From a bacterium (GTDB taxonomy: Bacteria; Patescibacteriota; Minisyncoccia; Phycocordibacterales; UBA2100): DNA of 64,000 nt. Position numbers and translations under genes: made by a program. Shown one piece after another: positions 9,129 to 18,889 of this stretch. The stretch spans positions 19,947-83,946 of the forward strand of contig JAUSGQ010000007.1 in the NCBI GenBank assembly GCA_030674455.1, written 5' to 3'. The notes beneath the pieces were generated by a model, which was not told the DNA's origin, did no database searches, and saw only the letters and a list, made by a program, of their open reading frames with translations. Within the stretch, counting starts at the first letter, position 1; every line of letters begins with the position of its first letter.

Positions 9129-9672
9129 TCTTTTGCCCCAAGATTCTCGCGACTTTGATTCCTAGGAGAACAAATATTCCTCCGAGCACGTATCCTGCAA
9201 GAACGTCGCTCGGATAATGGACGCCTAGGTACAGGCGGCTATATCCTATCGCAATTATTAATACTGCGACTACGCCAATCGTAGGTTTCTTCCACGCGGG
9301 CGGTATTGAATCCCAGATAATCCAGAGAAGAAACGTGTAGAGCGCGAATGAAAAGGTTGCGTGCCCGCTTGGAAAGGAGTACCCGTTATCAGAGAGCATG
9401 TTGAGGTAGCCTGGCGGCCGAGGTCTGGCGATTAATTCTTTAAGTGCGTAAACGGCAATGTAGCTTCCCGATATACAAGCAGACAGGCCTGCCGCAAGCG
9501 CCCATCGCTTCTTATATGCGAGGATAATTAACGCGATGATCGTTAGTGCGGGAATTACTGTCTTATAGTCGCCGAGTTCGGTGAACCAGATATAAAATTG
9601 CGCGAGCGATGGGCTGCGTACTGTATAGAGTGCCTGCTCGAACTGAAGGTCAAATGTCGAAATGATGTTCAT
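9106..9672 (-). CDS. PAP2 family phosphatase
   Basis: K..ARPRP, SFPSGH, SRLYLGVHYPSDV. Confidence 0.92.
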   Translation of the reverse strand: MNIISTFDLQFEQALYTVRSPSLAQFYIWFTELGDYKTVIPALTIIALIILAYKKRWALAAGLSACISGSYIAVYALKELIARPRPPGYLNMLSDNGYSFPSGHATFSFALYTFLLWIIWDSIPPAWKKPTIGVVAVLIIAIGYSRLYLGVHYPSDVLAGYVLGGIFVLLGIKVARILGQKTTSDQRE

Positions 9673-10037
9673 GCTGTAAAGAAATTTATAACACGAGGAG
9701 TAAAGATAATGAGACCGATGAGGAGCGCTGTTAAAGCCGCAACAGATACGGCTGCGGCTGAAAGGTCCTTGATTTTTCCAATGTGAGGGTCGTGAGTGGG
9801 TTGGAATTTATCGCAGAGTTCTTCAAGCGCAGTATTAAAAAGTTCGGCGACGATCACAAAACTAATCATTGTGAGTATGATTAGAAATTCAATTATCGAA
9901 ACGCTGAAAATATAGGAAAAAAGAATCGTGAGAGACATCCATGCAATATGGAATCTGAAATTTGACTCTTCGCGCCAGACGATCAGAAGCCCATTGGCCG
10001 GATACTTAAATCGTTTAAAGTATTCTTTTAATGACAT
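9669..10037 (-). CDS. dgkA: Diacylglycerol/undecaprenol kinase
   Basis: E.NFRFH, ELFNTALEELCD, KDLSAAAV. Confidence 0.88.
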   Translation of the reverse strand: MSLKEYFKRFKYPANGLLIVWREESNFRFHIAWMSLTILFSYIFSVSIIEFLIILTMISFVIVAELFNTALEELCDKFQPTHDPHIGKIKDLSAAAVSVAALTALLIGLIIFTPRVINFFTA

Positions 10038-10046
10038 ACGAACTTA

Positions 10047-10793
10047 TCAGATACCAGCAAATGTAACCGCTACAAAAATGAACGCTATGCCCAATGCCGT
10101 CATTACAGTTGTCCACAGAGTCGGATGCTGGTGATGGCTCTCGGGCAAGAGGTCGCTTGCCCCGATATACAAAAAGAACCCGCAAAAAAGAGCAAGCGCG
10201 ATCCCAAGAATGTGCTCCGGCAATGTAAAGAAGATGCTTAAAAAGATTCCCATTACGGGTGCAAGAGCGTCGGTCGCGAGCCATTTGAAGGCGCTTTGTT
10301 TGCTACCGCCGTTTTTTAGAATAATGCTGACCGTGTTTATGCCGTCGGAAAAACCATGCGCCAAGACAGCAACAGCAACGATGGCGCCGACAGCAGCCGA
10401 AACCTGAAATGCCAATCCGACAGCAATTCCGTCGAGGAAACTATGTATTGAAAGGCTTCCGGCGCCGATAATCCCTCTTCCACAATGTCCGTCAGAGCCT
10501 GTGGCAGCGGCTTGACCATGCCCTGGTTCATCAGTGTGCGCATGAAGTGTTATGCATCGGTCTAAAAAAAGATACGCGACAAAGCCGAGAGCGACGACGC
10601 TTGTAATTATCGAGATGCCAAAATTCTCCCCCGCAAGAGCGAGTGATTCAGGGAGCAAATCAAAAAAAGCCACCCCGATTACAGAGCCAGCGCTGAATCC
10701 AAGAACAAGGTGTAGACGGTCGGTATATTTCAAAGCGAGCAGTCCACCCAAAAAAGTGGTTGCAAAAGCGATAAGCGCCACGAGAGTGAGCAT
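10047..10793 (-). CDS. ZIP family metal transporter
   Basis: DLLPES, His-rich loop, HSFLDGIAVG, HGFSDG; TATAAT 6 nt before ATG 10793. Confidence 0.9.
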   Translation of the reverse strand: MLTLVALIAFATTFLGGLLALKYTDRLHLVLGFSAGSVIGVAFFDLLPESLALAGENFGISIITSVVALGFVAYLFLDRCITLHAHTDEPGHGQAAATGSDGHCGRGIIGAGSLSIHSFLDGIAVGLAFQVSAAVGAIVAVAVLAHGFSDGINTVSIILKNGGSKQSAFKWLATDALAPVMGIFLSIFFTLPEHILGIALALFCGFFLYIGASDLLPESHHQHPTLWTTVMTALGIAFIFVAVTFAGI

Positions 10794-10814
10794 TAAAGAA
10801 TTATACCAGTAAAA

Positions 10815-10911
10815 CCTCATTAGAAGCGTCGCGGGCATATTCGCGCTCGCTAAAACAATGATTGATTAGTTAAATACGAGCTAAATCTTGCAGAACCTGT
10901 TTCTAACGGGG
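10815..10911. mobile_element. CCCCGTTAGA-type miniature element with a degenerate left end
   Basis: cctcattagaag ... tttctaacgggg followed by cagg. Confidence 0.55.
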
Positions 10912-10962
10912 CAGGCCGTAATGGTTGATAATGCTTCGTAAAAATTATAGACTCCATTGGCT

Positions 10963-12474
10963 ATGGAAAAGACTAAGAATATCTTGCTGAAACGGCCATG
11001 GGTTACCGGTGTGGTCGTTATCGTTGCCGCTCTTGGCTTATGGTATTTCACGCGCTCAAATCAACCAGAGACAATCGACTATGTCGTAGTGGAACGCGGC
11101 ACTGTCGCACAGCTGGTTTCTGTGACAGGCATTGTAAAGGCCGCGAGCGAAGTAGACCTATCGTTTGAAAAAGGCGGCAAAATTACAGGAGTCTTTCACG
11201 GCGTTGGAGAAAGGGTAGGCGCCGGTTCAGCGCTCGTATCTATAGGCAGCGGGGAACTCTCGGCGCAAATAGCGCAGGCAGAGGCAGATGTAAAAGCCCA
11301 ACAGGCGAAACTTGCAGAGCTGGAGCGGGGGGCACGGCCGGAAGACATCGCTGTTTCAGAAGTTGATGTCGAGAATGCAAAAAATGATGTAGTAAATAGC
11401 ATACAGAGTGCGTATCTGAATGCAGACGACGCAATGCGCAACAAGGTTGACCAGCTGTTCTCAAATCCGCGTTCAGATTCTCCCACGTTTAATTTCAATC
11501 TTAGCGATTCGAAACTTAAAAACAAGCTCGAAACGGAACGAGTTCTGATAGAAACTCTATTAAGGAGCTGGAATACCGAGATTTCTAATTCCATTGTAGA
11601 GGTTGACGTCGAACCGTACATCACATTGACAAAAAATAATTTGGCGACGGTACAGAGCTTTCTTGACGAAGTCGCGTTCGCGGTCAACTCCCTGCAATCA
11701 AGCACGTTACTAACTCAAACGACGCTCGACGCCTATAGAGCTGCCATACTTGCCGGCAGAACCAACGTCTCAAATGCGATTGACAGTATAGTTTCTGAGC
11801 AAGAAACTTTACGTACTGCCGTATCAAAATTGGCACTAAAGAAAGCGGGCACAAGTAAAGAGGAAATTGACGCACAAGCGGCTAGAGTGGCCTCGGTGGA
11901 AGCAAGCGTTTTGAATCTCAAAGCTCAGCTCGCAAAGACCGTGATTTATTCGCCTATCTCCGGCATAGTAACGAAACAAGATGCAAAACTTGGAGAGATA
12001 GCTACTGCGGGAACTGTTCTCACATCTATAATTTCAGACGCTAAATATCAAATCGAAGCCAATGTAGCGGAAGCGGATATAGCAAAAATAAAAATCGGCG
12101 ATGACGCGCGCGTAACCCTTGATGCGTACGGCAGCGATGTTGTGTTTGGCGCCCGCGTAACAAAAATAGACCCGGCCGAAACTATCATTGACGGAGTGCC
12201 GACGTATAAAACGACTCTGCAATTTGTGCAGAATGATGCGCGAATTCGCTCCGGCATGACGGCAAATACGGATATCGCGGGACAAAAGCGTGAGACTGTA
12301 CTTTTTATTCCGGGCCGCGCCGTTCTAGGAAAGGGGACCGATAAGACAGTAGCCCTAGTAGGGGGTGCGACGACGACCGAAGTTAAAATCGAAACGGGTT
12401 TGCGCGGTTCGAACGGGGACGTGGAAGTGATATCCGGGCTTAACGAAGGCGACAGAATAAAGGCCAGCCAATAA
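10963..12474 (+). CDS. MacA/HlyD-like efflux adaptor subunit
   Basis: N-terminal TM, long coiled coil, IYSPISGIV, IRSGMTAN, VISGLNEGD. Confidence 0.9.
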   Translation: MEKTKNILLKRPWVTGVVVIVAALGLWYFTRSNQPETIDYVVVERGTVAQLVSVTGIVKAASEVDLSFEKGGKITGVFHGVGERVGAGSALVSIGSGELSAQIAQAEADVKAQQAKLAELERGARPEDIAVSEVDVENAKNDVVNSIQSAYLNADDAMRNKVDQLFSNPRSDSPTFNFNLSDSKLKNKLETERVLIETLLRSWNTEISNSIVEVDVEPYITLTKNNLATVQSFLDEVAFAVNSLQSSTLLTQTTLDAYRAAILAGRTNVSNAIDSIVSEQETLRTAVSKLALKKAGTSKEEIDAQAARVASVEASVLNLKAQLAKTVIYSPISGIVTKQDAKLGEIATAGTVLTSIISDAKYQIEANVAEADIAKIKIGDDARVTLDAYGSDVVFGARVTKIDPAETIIDGVPTYKTTLQFVQNDARIRSGMTANTDIAGQKRETVLFIPGRAVLGKGTDKTVALVGGATTTEVKIETGLRGSNGDVEVISGLNEGDRIKASQ

Positions 12475-12516
12475 CATCTGCAAACTAAGATTTGTGATTT
12501 GGAACTTGCGAAGCAT

Positions 12517-13230
12517 ATGCCTCTCATTGAAGTGAAGAATCTCGAGAAAACGTATCACGATGAGGAGGTCGCGACTCAAGTGTTGTTTGGTCTGGACATC
12601 AAGATAAATAAGGGCGAATTTGTGGCCATCATGGGACCATCGGGTTCAGGAAAATCCACGCTTCTTCAGATCCTTGGATTTCTTGACCCGCCCACGGGAG
12701 GCGAGTACTTATTTGATAATAAGAACTCAACGGATTATTCCGAATATGAGGTCGCAAAAGTGAGAAACGAGCGGCTCGGATTTATTTTTCAGTCTTTTAA
12801 CCTGCTTCCGAGAACGACGGTGCTCGATAATGTGAAGCTTCCGCTTGTGTACTCTTCAACGAAGGAGGAGCTTTGGGATGGCATCGCGCGCAAAGCGGTG
12901 GATTCGGTGGGGCTTTCGCATCGCCTCGACTTTGAGCCTTCACAGTTGTCAGGCGGGGAAAAACAGAGAGTCGCTATTGCCCGCGCGCTTGTAAATAATC
13001 CGGATGTCATTTTTGCAGATGAACCAACCGGGAATCTTGATTCAAAATCGGGCGAGATTGTGATGGGCATCATCGGGATGCTTCACGCGAAATTTGGCCA
13101 CACGATAGTCCTCATCACGCACGAAACATATACTGCCGAATACGCCGAGAGAATTATTAAATTGCGCGACGGCAGGATTGAAAGCGACATGAAAGTCGCC
13201 AACCGCCGCGCAGGCGGTTTTATCAAGTAA
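12517..13230 (+). CDS. ABC transporter ATP-binding protein (MacB/LolD type)
   Basis: GPSGSGKST, LSGGEKQRVAIARAL, DEPTGNLD. Confidence 0.95.
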   Translation: MPLIEVKNLEKTYHDEEVATQVLFGLDIKINKGEFVAIMGPSGSGKSTLLQILGFLDPPTGGEYLFDNKNSTDYSEYEVAKVRNERLGFIFQSFNLLPRTTVLDNVKLPLVYSSTKEELWDGIARKAVDSVGLSHRLDFEPSQLSGGEKQRVAIARALVNNPDVIFADEPTGNLDSKSGEIVMGIIGMLHAKFGHTIVLITHETYTAEYAERIIKLRDGRIESDMKVANRRAGGFIK

Positions 13231-13238
13231 CAAATCGT

Positions 13239-14477
13239 ATGCCGATTAACCACGCCATTCAAACGGCCTTTCGGGGGCTTAAAGCGAACAAAACACGCTC
13301 TGCACTCACCATACTAGGGATAGTAATCGGGGTCACGGCCATCATCATGGTGGTTTCGCTCGGGCAGGGCGCAAAGAACCTGATTTTAGGCCAAATTCAG
13401 GGTATTGGGGCGAAAACTATCGGCATTGTCCCGGGCCGTCAACCCAAAGGTCCGACTGATATTTTGGCAACGCTCACCGCGTCGCTAAAGGCGCGGGACA
13501 TCGTTGCATTGTCTCGAAAAGATAATGTACCGCATGCGCAGGACATCATGCCAGTAGTTTTTGGAAGCGAGACCGCGTCATACGGAGGTGAAACCTACAG
13601 GCCGACGATATTCGGGGGCAATGAACTGATGGCCGACATTTACGATTCGTATCCCGATCGCGGCAGAAGCATAACGGCAGACGACGTGCGCAGCTCCGCG
13701 GACGTGGTTGTCTTAGGTCAAACGGTAGTTGAAAAGCTTTCTCCCGACCATGACCTTTTGAACGAACGCATAAAAATCAAAGGTAGGAATTTCTTGGTAA
13801 TCGGAATACTTCCGAAAAAGGGCGGGGCCTCATTCATTAACTTTGATGAAATGGCGCTCATGCCGTACACAACCGCTCAAAATTATATTTTTGGCATCAA
13901 GCACTTTAATCGCGTGGTAGTAAGGGCTGACGATGAGTTGAATGTTGATGTGACTGTTAATGACATAAAGTCTACGCTTAGAGAACTGCACGGTATTACC
14001 GACCCGGAGAAAGACGATTTTGGCATTGAGACGCAGGCCGATGCACTGAAAACAGTCGGTACGATCCTCACCACCATGACGGTATTTCTGGCTATGGTTG
14101 CGGCAATATCGCTCGTAGTGGGAGGCATAGGAATTATGAACATAATGCTTGTTTCCGTGACGGACAGAACGCGGGAAATCGGGCTGCGAAAAGCGCTCGG
14201 CGCGACCAATAGAGACATTCTTATGCAATTCCTGCTTGAGGCAATCATCTTGACCGGCATTGGGGGAATCGTAGGCATTTTATTGGGTACCGGACTTTCA
14301 TTTGCAATTTCTTTAGTGATTACAAATGTGTTCGGTCTGATTTGGTCGTTTACATTCCCTCTAGGCGCTGCGATAGTCGGGATTCTAATTTCAACCATTG
14401 TTGGTCTTGTGTTCGGTCTTTACCCCGCTAGAAAGGCCTCACTGATGAGTCCTATTGAGGCTCTTCGGCACGAGTAG
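13239..14477 (+). CDS. ABC transporter permease (MacB/FtsX type)
   Basis: RSALTILGIVIGV, GGIGIMNIMLVSVTDRTREIG, YPARKAS..PIEALRHE. Confidence 0.95.
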   Translation: MPINHAIQTAFRGLKANKTRSALTILGIVIGVTAIIMVVSLGQGAKNLILGQIQGIGAKTIGIVPGRQPKGPTDILATLTASLKARDIVALSRKDNVPHAQDIMPVVFGSETASYGGETYRPTIFGGNELMADIYDSYPDRGRSITADDVRSSADVVVLGQTVVEKLSPDHDLLNERIKIKGRNFLVIGILPKKGGASFINFDEMALMPYTTAQNYIFGIKHFNRVVVRADDELNVDVTVNDIKSTLRELHGITDPEKDDFGIETQADALKTVGTILTTMTVFLAMVAAISLVVGGIGIMNIMLVSVTDRTREIGLRKALGATNRDILMQFLLEAIILTGIGGIVGILLGTGLSFAISLVITNVFGLIWSFTFPLGAAIVGILISTIVGLVFGLYPARKASLMSPIEALRHE

Positions 14478-14639
14478 CCTTTATTCACTTGCAGCGAATT
14501 CAAAGAGCGCGCTGGCTTTCATACGGGGCAGGCCCCGCTAGAAAGGCCTCACTGATGAGTCCTATTGAAGCCCTTAGACACGAATAAACTTAATTATCTT
14601 GCTGTGTAAGTTATTGATCACGCTGGCCTCCTTACGGGG
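14423..14639. repeat. Two tandem CCCCG...CGGGG units, each carrying the permease 3' end
   Basis: ccccgctagaaaggcctcactgatgagtcctattga at 14423 and 14533; units end cgctggctttcatacgggg and cgctggcctccttacgggg. Confidence 0.85.
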
Positions 14640-14685
14640 CATGCGACCGCCAAAGAAACTTTCTCAATTTTGCCAAGACAGAATG

Positions 14686-14719
14686 TCAACGATATCTCAC
14701 GGTCGTGAGATATCGTTGA
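14686..14719. repeat. Palindrome with CG-GT-CG core
   Basis: 16-bp perfect arms around GT; relatives at 45496-45535 and 55434-55469. Confidence 0.8.
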
Positions 14720-14798
14720 ATGCTTGTGAGCTCCAAAATATGAAACTTAGCGCGCTTACGCAGTCCTAGAAATCGCAAATATGATACAATCGCCATCT

Positions 14799-14972
14799 AT
14801 GAATATTGACGAGTTGCAAGAAAAAAGCGACAAGATGTTCCATGACCATGGCGATATTCTTATAAAAGTCTTTTCCGTTCTCGTTGCGTTTATTCTCCTG
14901 GCTCTTTGGTTTGCATCTACTGTCCGTCCGCAGGATTTTGCGCCAACCGATATTCAGCAACAAAATAGCTAG
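14799..14972 (+). CDS. Small single-TM hypothetical protein
   Basis: TM segment VFSVLVAFILLALWFA; start uncertain. Confidence 0.5.
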   Translation: MNIDELQEKSDKMFHDHGDILIKVFSVLVAFILLALWFASTVRPQDFAPTDIQQQNS

Positions 14973-15019
14973 AATCTGTTGCGCTGACTCGCCTCATTCA
15001 TACATGGTATTATCAACGT

Positions 15020-16483
15020 ATGGCCGAAAGCGATATTCGAGATGAGCGCTTAAAAAAGCTTGAAAAGTTGAGAGAGGCAGGCATGGAGGCATATCCGGCC
15101 GATTCCCATCGAGACATCAGCATCGGTGATGCCATCGCTACATTTGACGAATTGGAAGCCAGCGGCAAGAAGCTCCACATTGGCGGGCGCATAATGTCGC
15201 TGCGCGGACAGGGCGGAATTGTATTTGCCGACCTTTTTGACGGAACCGGCCGGTTGCAAATAGTTCTTCAGAAGGCGGATATGGATGAATCTCTGTACGC
15301 GCTTTTCACAGAATGCGTCGATACCGGAGATTTTATTGAAGTATTTGGTATAGCATTTAAAACGAAGCGAGGCGAGCCTTCTATCAAAGTCGAAAAGTGG
15401 AGAATGCTTGCAAAAGCGTTGCTTCCGATACCCGACGAGTGGTTTGGGCTAAAGGATGAAGAAAAGCGTCTTCGCGAGCGCGCCGTCGACATTTTGCAAA
15501 ATGAGGAGTTGCGGCAAATGATTATTCGCAAGTCGCGATTTTGGTCTGCGTGCAGGACATTTTTTGAGAAAAAAGGCTTCATGGAAGTTGAAACTCCCGT
15601 ACTCGAAACTTCGCCGGGCGGAGCCGAGGCGAGGCCGTTCATAACGCATCACAATGCGCTCGATATAGACGTGTACCTGCGAATCTCCGCGGGCGAATTG
15701 TGGCAAAAAAGATTGCTTGTCGCAGGATTCCCCAAAATCTTTGAAATAGGGCGTATTTTCCGAAATGAGGGACAGTCCCGAGAGCATTTGCAAGATTACA
15801 CGCAGGTGGAATTTTATGAGGCGTATTCCGATTACAAAAACGGGATGATACAGGTGCAGGAACTTTACAGGCATTTGGCTCACGAGGTATATAAGAAGTA
15901 CACATTCACCATAAACGGATACGAGGTGGATTTTGCCGAAGAATGGAAGACGATTGATTTCTCGGAATCCATTAAAGAACACTTTGGCATTGACCCAATC
16001 AACTGCACGGAAAAGCAAGCGATAGACGCGGCGCGCGAGGCGGGTGTGCTATCGCCAAAAGTTGAGCCGAACAAGGAGCGCTCAATCGACAGTTTGTGGA
16101 AACACATTCGCAAAACGATTGCCGGGCCGGCATTTCTCGTCGGAGTGCCGATTTTTCTTGAACCGCTCGCAAAGCGTTCCTCAAAAAATCCGGAAGTTGT
16201 CGAACGATTCCAGGTCATTCTCGCAGGTTCCGAGGTCGGAAAGGGCTTCAGCGAATTAAATGACCCGATTGACCAGCGAAAGCGCTTTGAAGATCAGCAA
16301 AAACTTCGCGACAAAGGCGATGAAGAAGCCCAGCGGCTTGATTTGGACTACGTGCGCACGATGGAATACGGCATGCCGCCGGCATTCGGATTCGGTGTTT
16401 CGGAGCGCCTCTTTGCTTTCCTAGAGGACAAACCGATACACGAGGTGCAGATATTTCCACTTCTTAGGCCGAAGGCGGACTAA
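15020..16483 (+). CDS. lysS: Lysine--tRNA ligase, class II
   Basis: GGAEARPFITHHNAL, YLRIS, FRNEG, YGMPPAFGFGV. Confidence 0.97.
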   Translation: MAESDIRDERLKKLEKLREAGMEAYPADSHRDISIGDAIATFDELEASGKKLHIGGRIMSLRGQGGIVFADLFDGTGRLQIVLQKADMDESLYALFTECVDTGDFIEVFGIAFKTKRGEPSIKVEKWRMLAKALLPIPDEWFGLKDEEKRLRERAVDILQNEELRQMIIRKSRFWSACRTFFEKKGFMEVETPVLETSPGGAEARPFITHHNALDIDVYLRISAGELWQKRLLVAGFPKIFEIGRIFRNEGQSREHLQDYTQVEFYEAYSDYKNGMIQVQELYRHLAHEVYKKYTFTINGYEVDFAEEWKTIDFSESIKEHFGIDPINCTEKQAIDAAREAGVLSPKVEPNKERSIDSLWKHIRKTIAGPAFLVGVPIFLEPLAKRSSKNPEVVERFQVILAGSEVGKGFSELNDPIDQRKRFEDQQKLRDKGDEEAQRLDLDYVRTMEYGMPPAFGFGVSERLFAFLEDKPIHEVQIFPLLRPKAD

Positions 16484-16492
16484 AGCGCGGCT

Positions 16493-16903
16493 ATGAGAGA
16501 GAGTGAATTTGAGGCTCTTGTGCGCGAGGGATTCGAACGGCTACCGAAAGGGGTACGCGAAAAAATAAGGAATGTGGCTCTACTTGTTGAGGACGAGCCG
16601 TCCGCCGAAGTGCGCAAGCGCGAGGGATTACGCAAATACGAAACGCTTCTCGGATATTATCAGGGAATACCGCTTTCCTATCGCGGCGATAATTACGGCG
16701 TTGGCCCTACTTTGCCGGATACCATCACGCTCTATAAACTGCCCATTGAAGACGAAGCGCATGAACTATTAAGGGCCAGCGAATCGCACGATTTTAAGGA
16801 AGCAGTAACCAAGGTCGTCAGAGATACTATTTGGCACGAGTTCGCACATCACTTTGGGATGAATGAGGGTGAGGTGAGCGAGCGCGAAGAAAAACGCCTC
16901 TAA
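16493..16903 (+). CDS. Minimal zincin-like metallopeptidase (Zincin_1)
   Basis: LLGYYQGIPL, PDTITLY, HEFAHHFG. Confidence 0.88.
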   Translation: MRESEFEALVREGFERLPKGVREKIRNVALLVEDEPSAEVRKREGLRKYETLLGYYQGIPLSYRGDNYGVGPTLPDTITLYKLPIEDEAHELLRASESHDFKEAVTKVVRDTIWHEFAHHFGMNEGEVSEREEKRL

Positions 16904-16921
16904 ATGCTATAATCAGTTGGT

Positions 16922-17158
16922 ATGGAAAATCAAGAGGAATTTAAGGTAAGAGGCGAAGAGCTGATAAAAAAGGTCAAAGAGCTAATTAAGGCCGGAAATG
17001 CGCGCCGCATCATAATAAAGAACGAAGCAGGTGAGACCTTTGTTGAGATTCCGCTCACTGTCGGAGCAGTCGGAGCGCTCATAGCGCCGATGCTCGCCGC
17101 AGTCGGCGCAATAGCGGCACTCGTTACAAAATGCACTATTGTCGTGGTGAAAAAATAG
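16922..17158 (+). CDS. DUF4342-like protein
   Basis: KVKELIKAGNARRIIIK..EIPLTVG..AALVTKCTI. Confidence 0.8.
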   Translation: MENQEEFKVRGEELIKKVKELIKAGNARRIIIKNEAGETFVEIPLTVGAVGALIAPMLAAVGAIAALVTKCTIVVVKK

Positions 17159-17174
17159 AAATCTTTCGACCTGC

Positions 17175-17456
17175 ATGAAAGATAAAATTCAAAATTTGGA
17201 GGCGGAGTTGCTAGAAATAAAAAGCAGAAACGCGCGCGTAGAGGCCGACAAAGCGTGGGAGACAAGCCGATTCAGGATTTTCTCACTGCTCTTAATTACA
17301 TACGGAATCTCCGCATTTATTCTATACGAGATTGGAAATCAAAATCCATTCCGCAATGCTTTTATACCGACGATTGGATATTTTCTCTCTATACAGTCTT
17401 TGCCATTCCTGAAAAGCAGGTGGATACGGTCATATCTTGAGAAACGCTCCGTCTAA
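17175..17456 (+). CDS. Conserved hypothetical membrane protein
   Basis: RNARVEADKAWETS plus two hydrophobic segments. Confidence 0.7.
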   Translation: MKDKIQNLEAELLEIKSRNARVEADKAWETSRFRIFSLLLITYGISAFILYEIGNQNPFRNAFIPTIGYFLSIQSLPFLKSRWIRSYLEKRSV

Positions 17457-17461
17457 GCGAT

Positions 17462-18406
17462 ATGCGGCGTCTATGGGGAAACATAGCAATTTTGATGGTA
17501 ATTGCCGGCTTGGCGTATGCGTATCGAGGACCGATTCAAGAGCAATTTGGCGGCTTAGTAGCAAACCTAGAGGCGACGTTTACGCCGTGTCAGAAACCTA
17601 TCGCATACTCACTTGGAACCTTTGATACTCGCTTTGGTATCTCTAAAGAAAGTTTCTTAAGAGCCGTTGCGGACGCAGAGGCAATATGGGAGAAGCCGAT
17701 AGGAAAGAATTTGTTTCAATATTCTTCCGATGGCCGGCTCGCAGTACACCTTATCTATGACTACCGGCAAGAAGCGACAGATAAGCTTAAGAGGCTCGGA
17801 ATAACTGTCGATGCAAGCAGGGCTTCATACGATTCGCTGAAAGTTAAATACTATGAGGTGAAGTCAGCACTGATGCAATCGCAAAAGCAGTACGAAACGG
17901 CTCTTGCTCTATATAAACAACATCTCGATTCTTATAATCAGGAAGTTGAGTCCTGGAATGCGAAGGGCGGAGCGCCTCGGTCGGAATTCGTACGCTTGAG
18001 TAGCGAAAAGCAAAGTCTCGATGCCGAGTTGTCCGCTTTGAAGTCGCTTCAAGATACAGTTAACGGCTATGTCGATGAGGTAAATTCTATAGCTGTTGTA
18101 TTAAATGGAATGGCAAATGCTCTTAATGTTGACGTCGGTAAATACAACACGATTGGCGCTTCGCGAGGCGAGGAATTCACCGAAGGCGATTATCAAAGCA
18201 AAGGAGGCGAGCAAAAAATAGATATATATGAATTCAGCACGCAGAACAAATTGGTGCGGGTATTAGCTCACGAACTGGGGCACGCTCTCGGTCTTGAGCA
18301 CGTGGAGGGTTCGACATCCATAATGTATGAGCTAAATCAAAGCACCAACGAAAAGCTTTCGTCACAGGACCTCGCAGCATTGAAATCAAAATGTGGCATT
18401 AAGTAG
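17462..18406 (+). CDS. Matrixin-like metzincin with coiled-coil insert
   Basis: HELGHALGLEH, SIMY Met-turn, N-terminal TM. Confidence 0.88.
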   Translation: MRRLWGNIAILMVIAGLAYAYRGPIQEQFGGLVANLEATFTPCQKPIAYSLGTFDTRFGISKESFLRAVADAEAIWEKPIGKNLFQYSSDGRLAVHLIYDYRQEATDKLKRLGITVDASRASYDSLKVKYYEVKSALMQSQKQYETALALYKQHLDSYNQEVESWNAKGGAPRSEFVRLSSEKQSLDAELSALKSLQDTVNGYVDEVNSIAVVLNGMANALNVDVGKYNTIGASRGEEFTEGDYQSKGGEQKIDIYEFSTQNKLVRVLAHELGHALGLEHVEGSTSIMYELNQSTNEKLSSQDLAALKSKCGIK

Positions 18407-18481
18407 TTGTTATGCAATAATTGAATCCGGCCAAATTATTAATATAATGCCTAGAACCTAATCCCTAACACCTACTTCTAT

Positions 18482-18754
18482 ATGGACTTGACCAAATTAC
18501 CGAAGCAGTTTTGCGAGAATATCGCCGTGGCTTTGTCGAAAGAATATTTTGTCATGAGCATGCTCACAGGCGAAACGGGAGTCACCTATGCGCTTACTCC
18601 GCAGCATATGAAGCGCTTATCACAATATATTGCCTATCAAATCGCAGAATACGAGAAGCAATTCGGCACTATTACGGCAGAGTGGACGCCAAATATTCAA
18701 AGTCCACTACAAACTAAAGACATTATGGATGGAGGTAAAGACAGCAACAAGTAG
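18482..18754 (+). CDS. Hypothetical protein (DUF3467-like)
   Basis: LTPQHMKRL..YEKQFGTI. Confidence 0.6.
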   Translation: MDLTKLPKQFCENIAVALSKEYFVMSMLTGETGVTYALTPQHMKRLSQYIAYQIAEYEKQFGTITAEWTPNIQSPLQTKDIMDGGKDSNK

Positions 18755-18787
18755 TTTCGACTAGCTCTAAAAATATGGTATAAATTT

Positions 18788-18871
18788 GACACTCGTCTTC
18801 TCCTTACGAGTGTCGACGAGTGGGGGCGGGATGGAATCCTATCATTGCTGTCCGATAGGCCCGCCCCTTTT
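18788..18871 (+). ncRNA. Candidate small structured RNA
   Basis: TGGTATAAA upstream; 9-bp hairpin with CUUCUCCUU loop; 8-bp GC stem enclosing CCUAUC/GAUAGG hairpin; U4 tail. Confidence 0.45.
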
Positions 18872-18889
18872 ACATGCTATATTTTCTAC

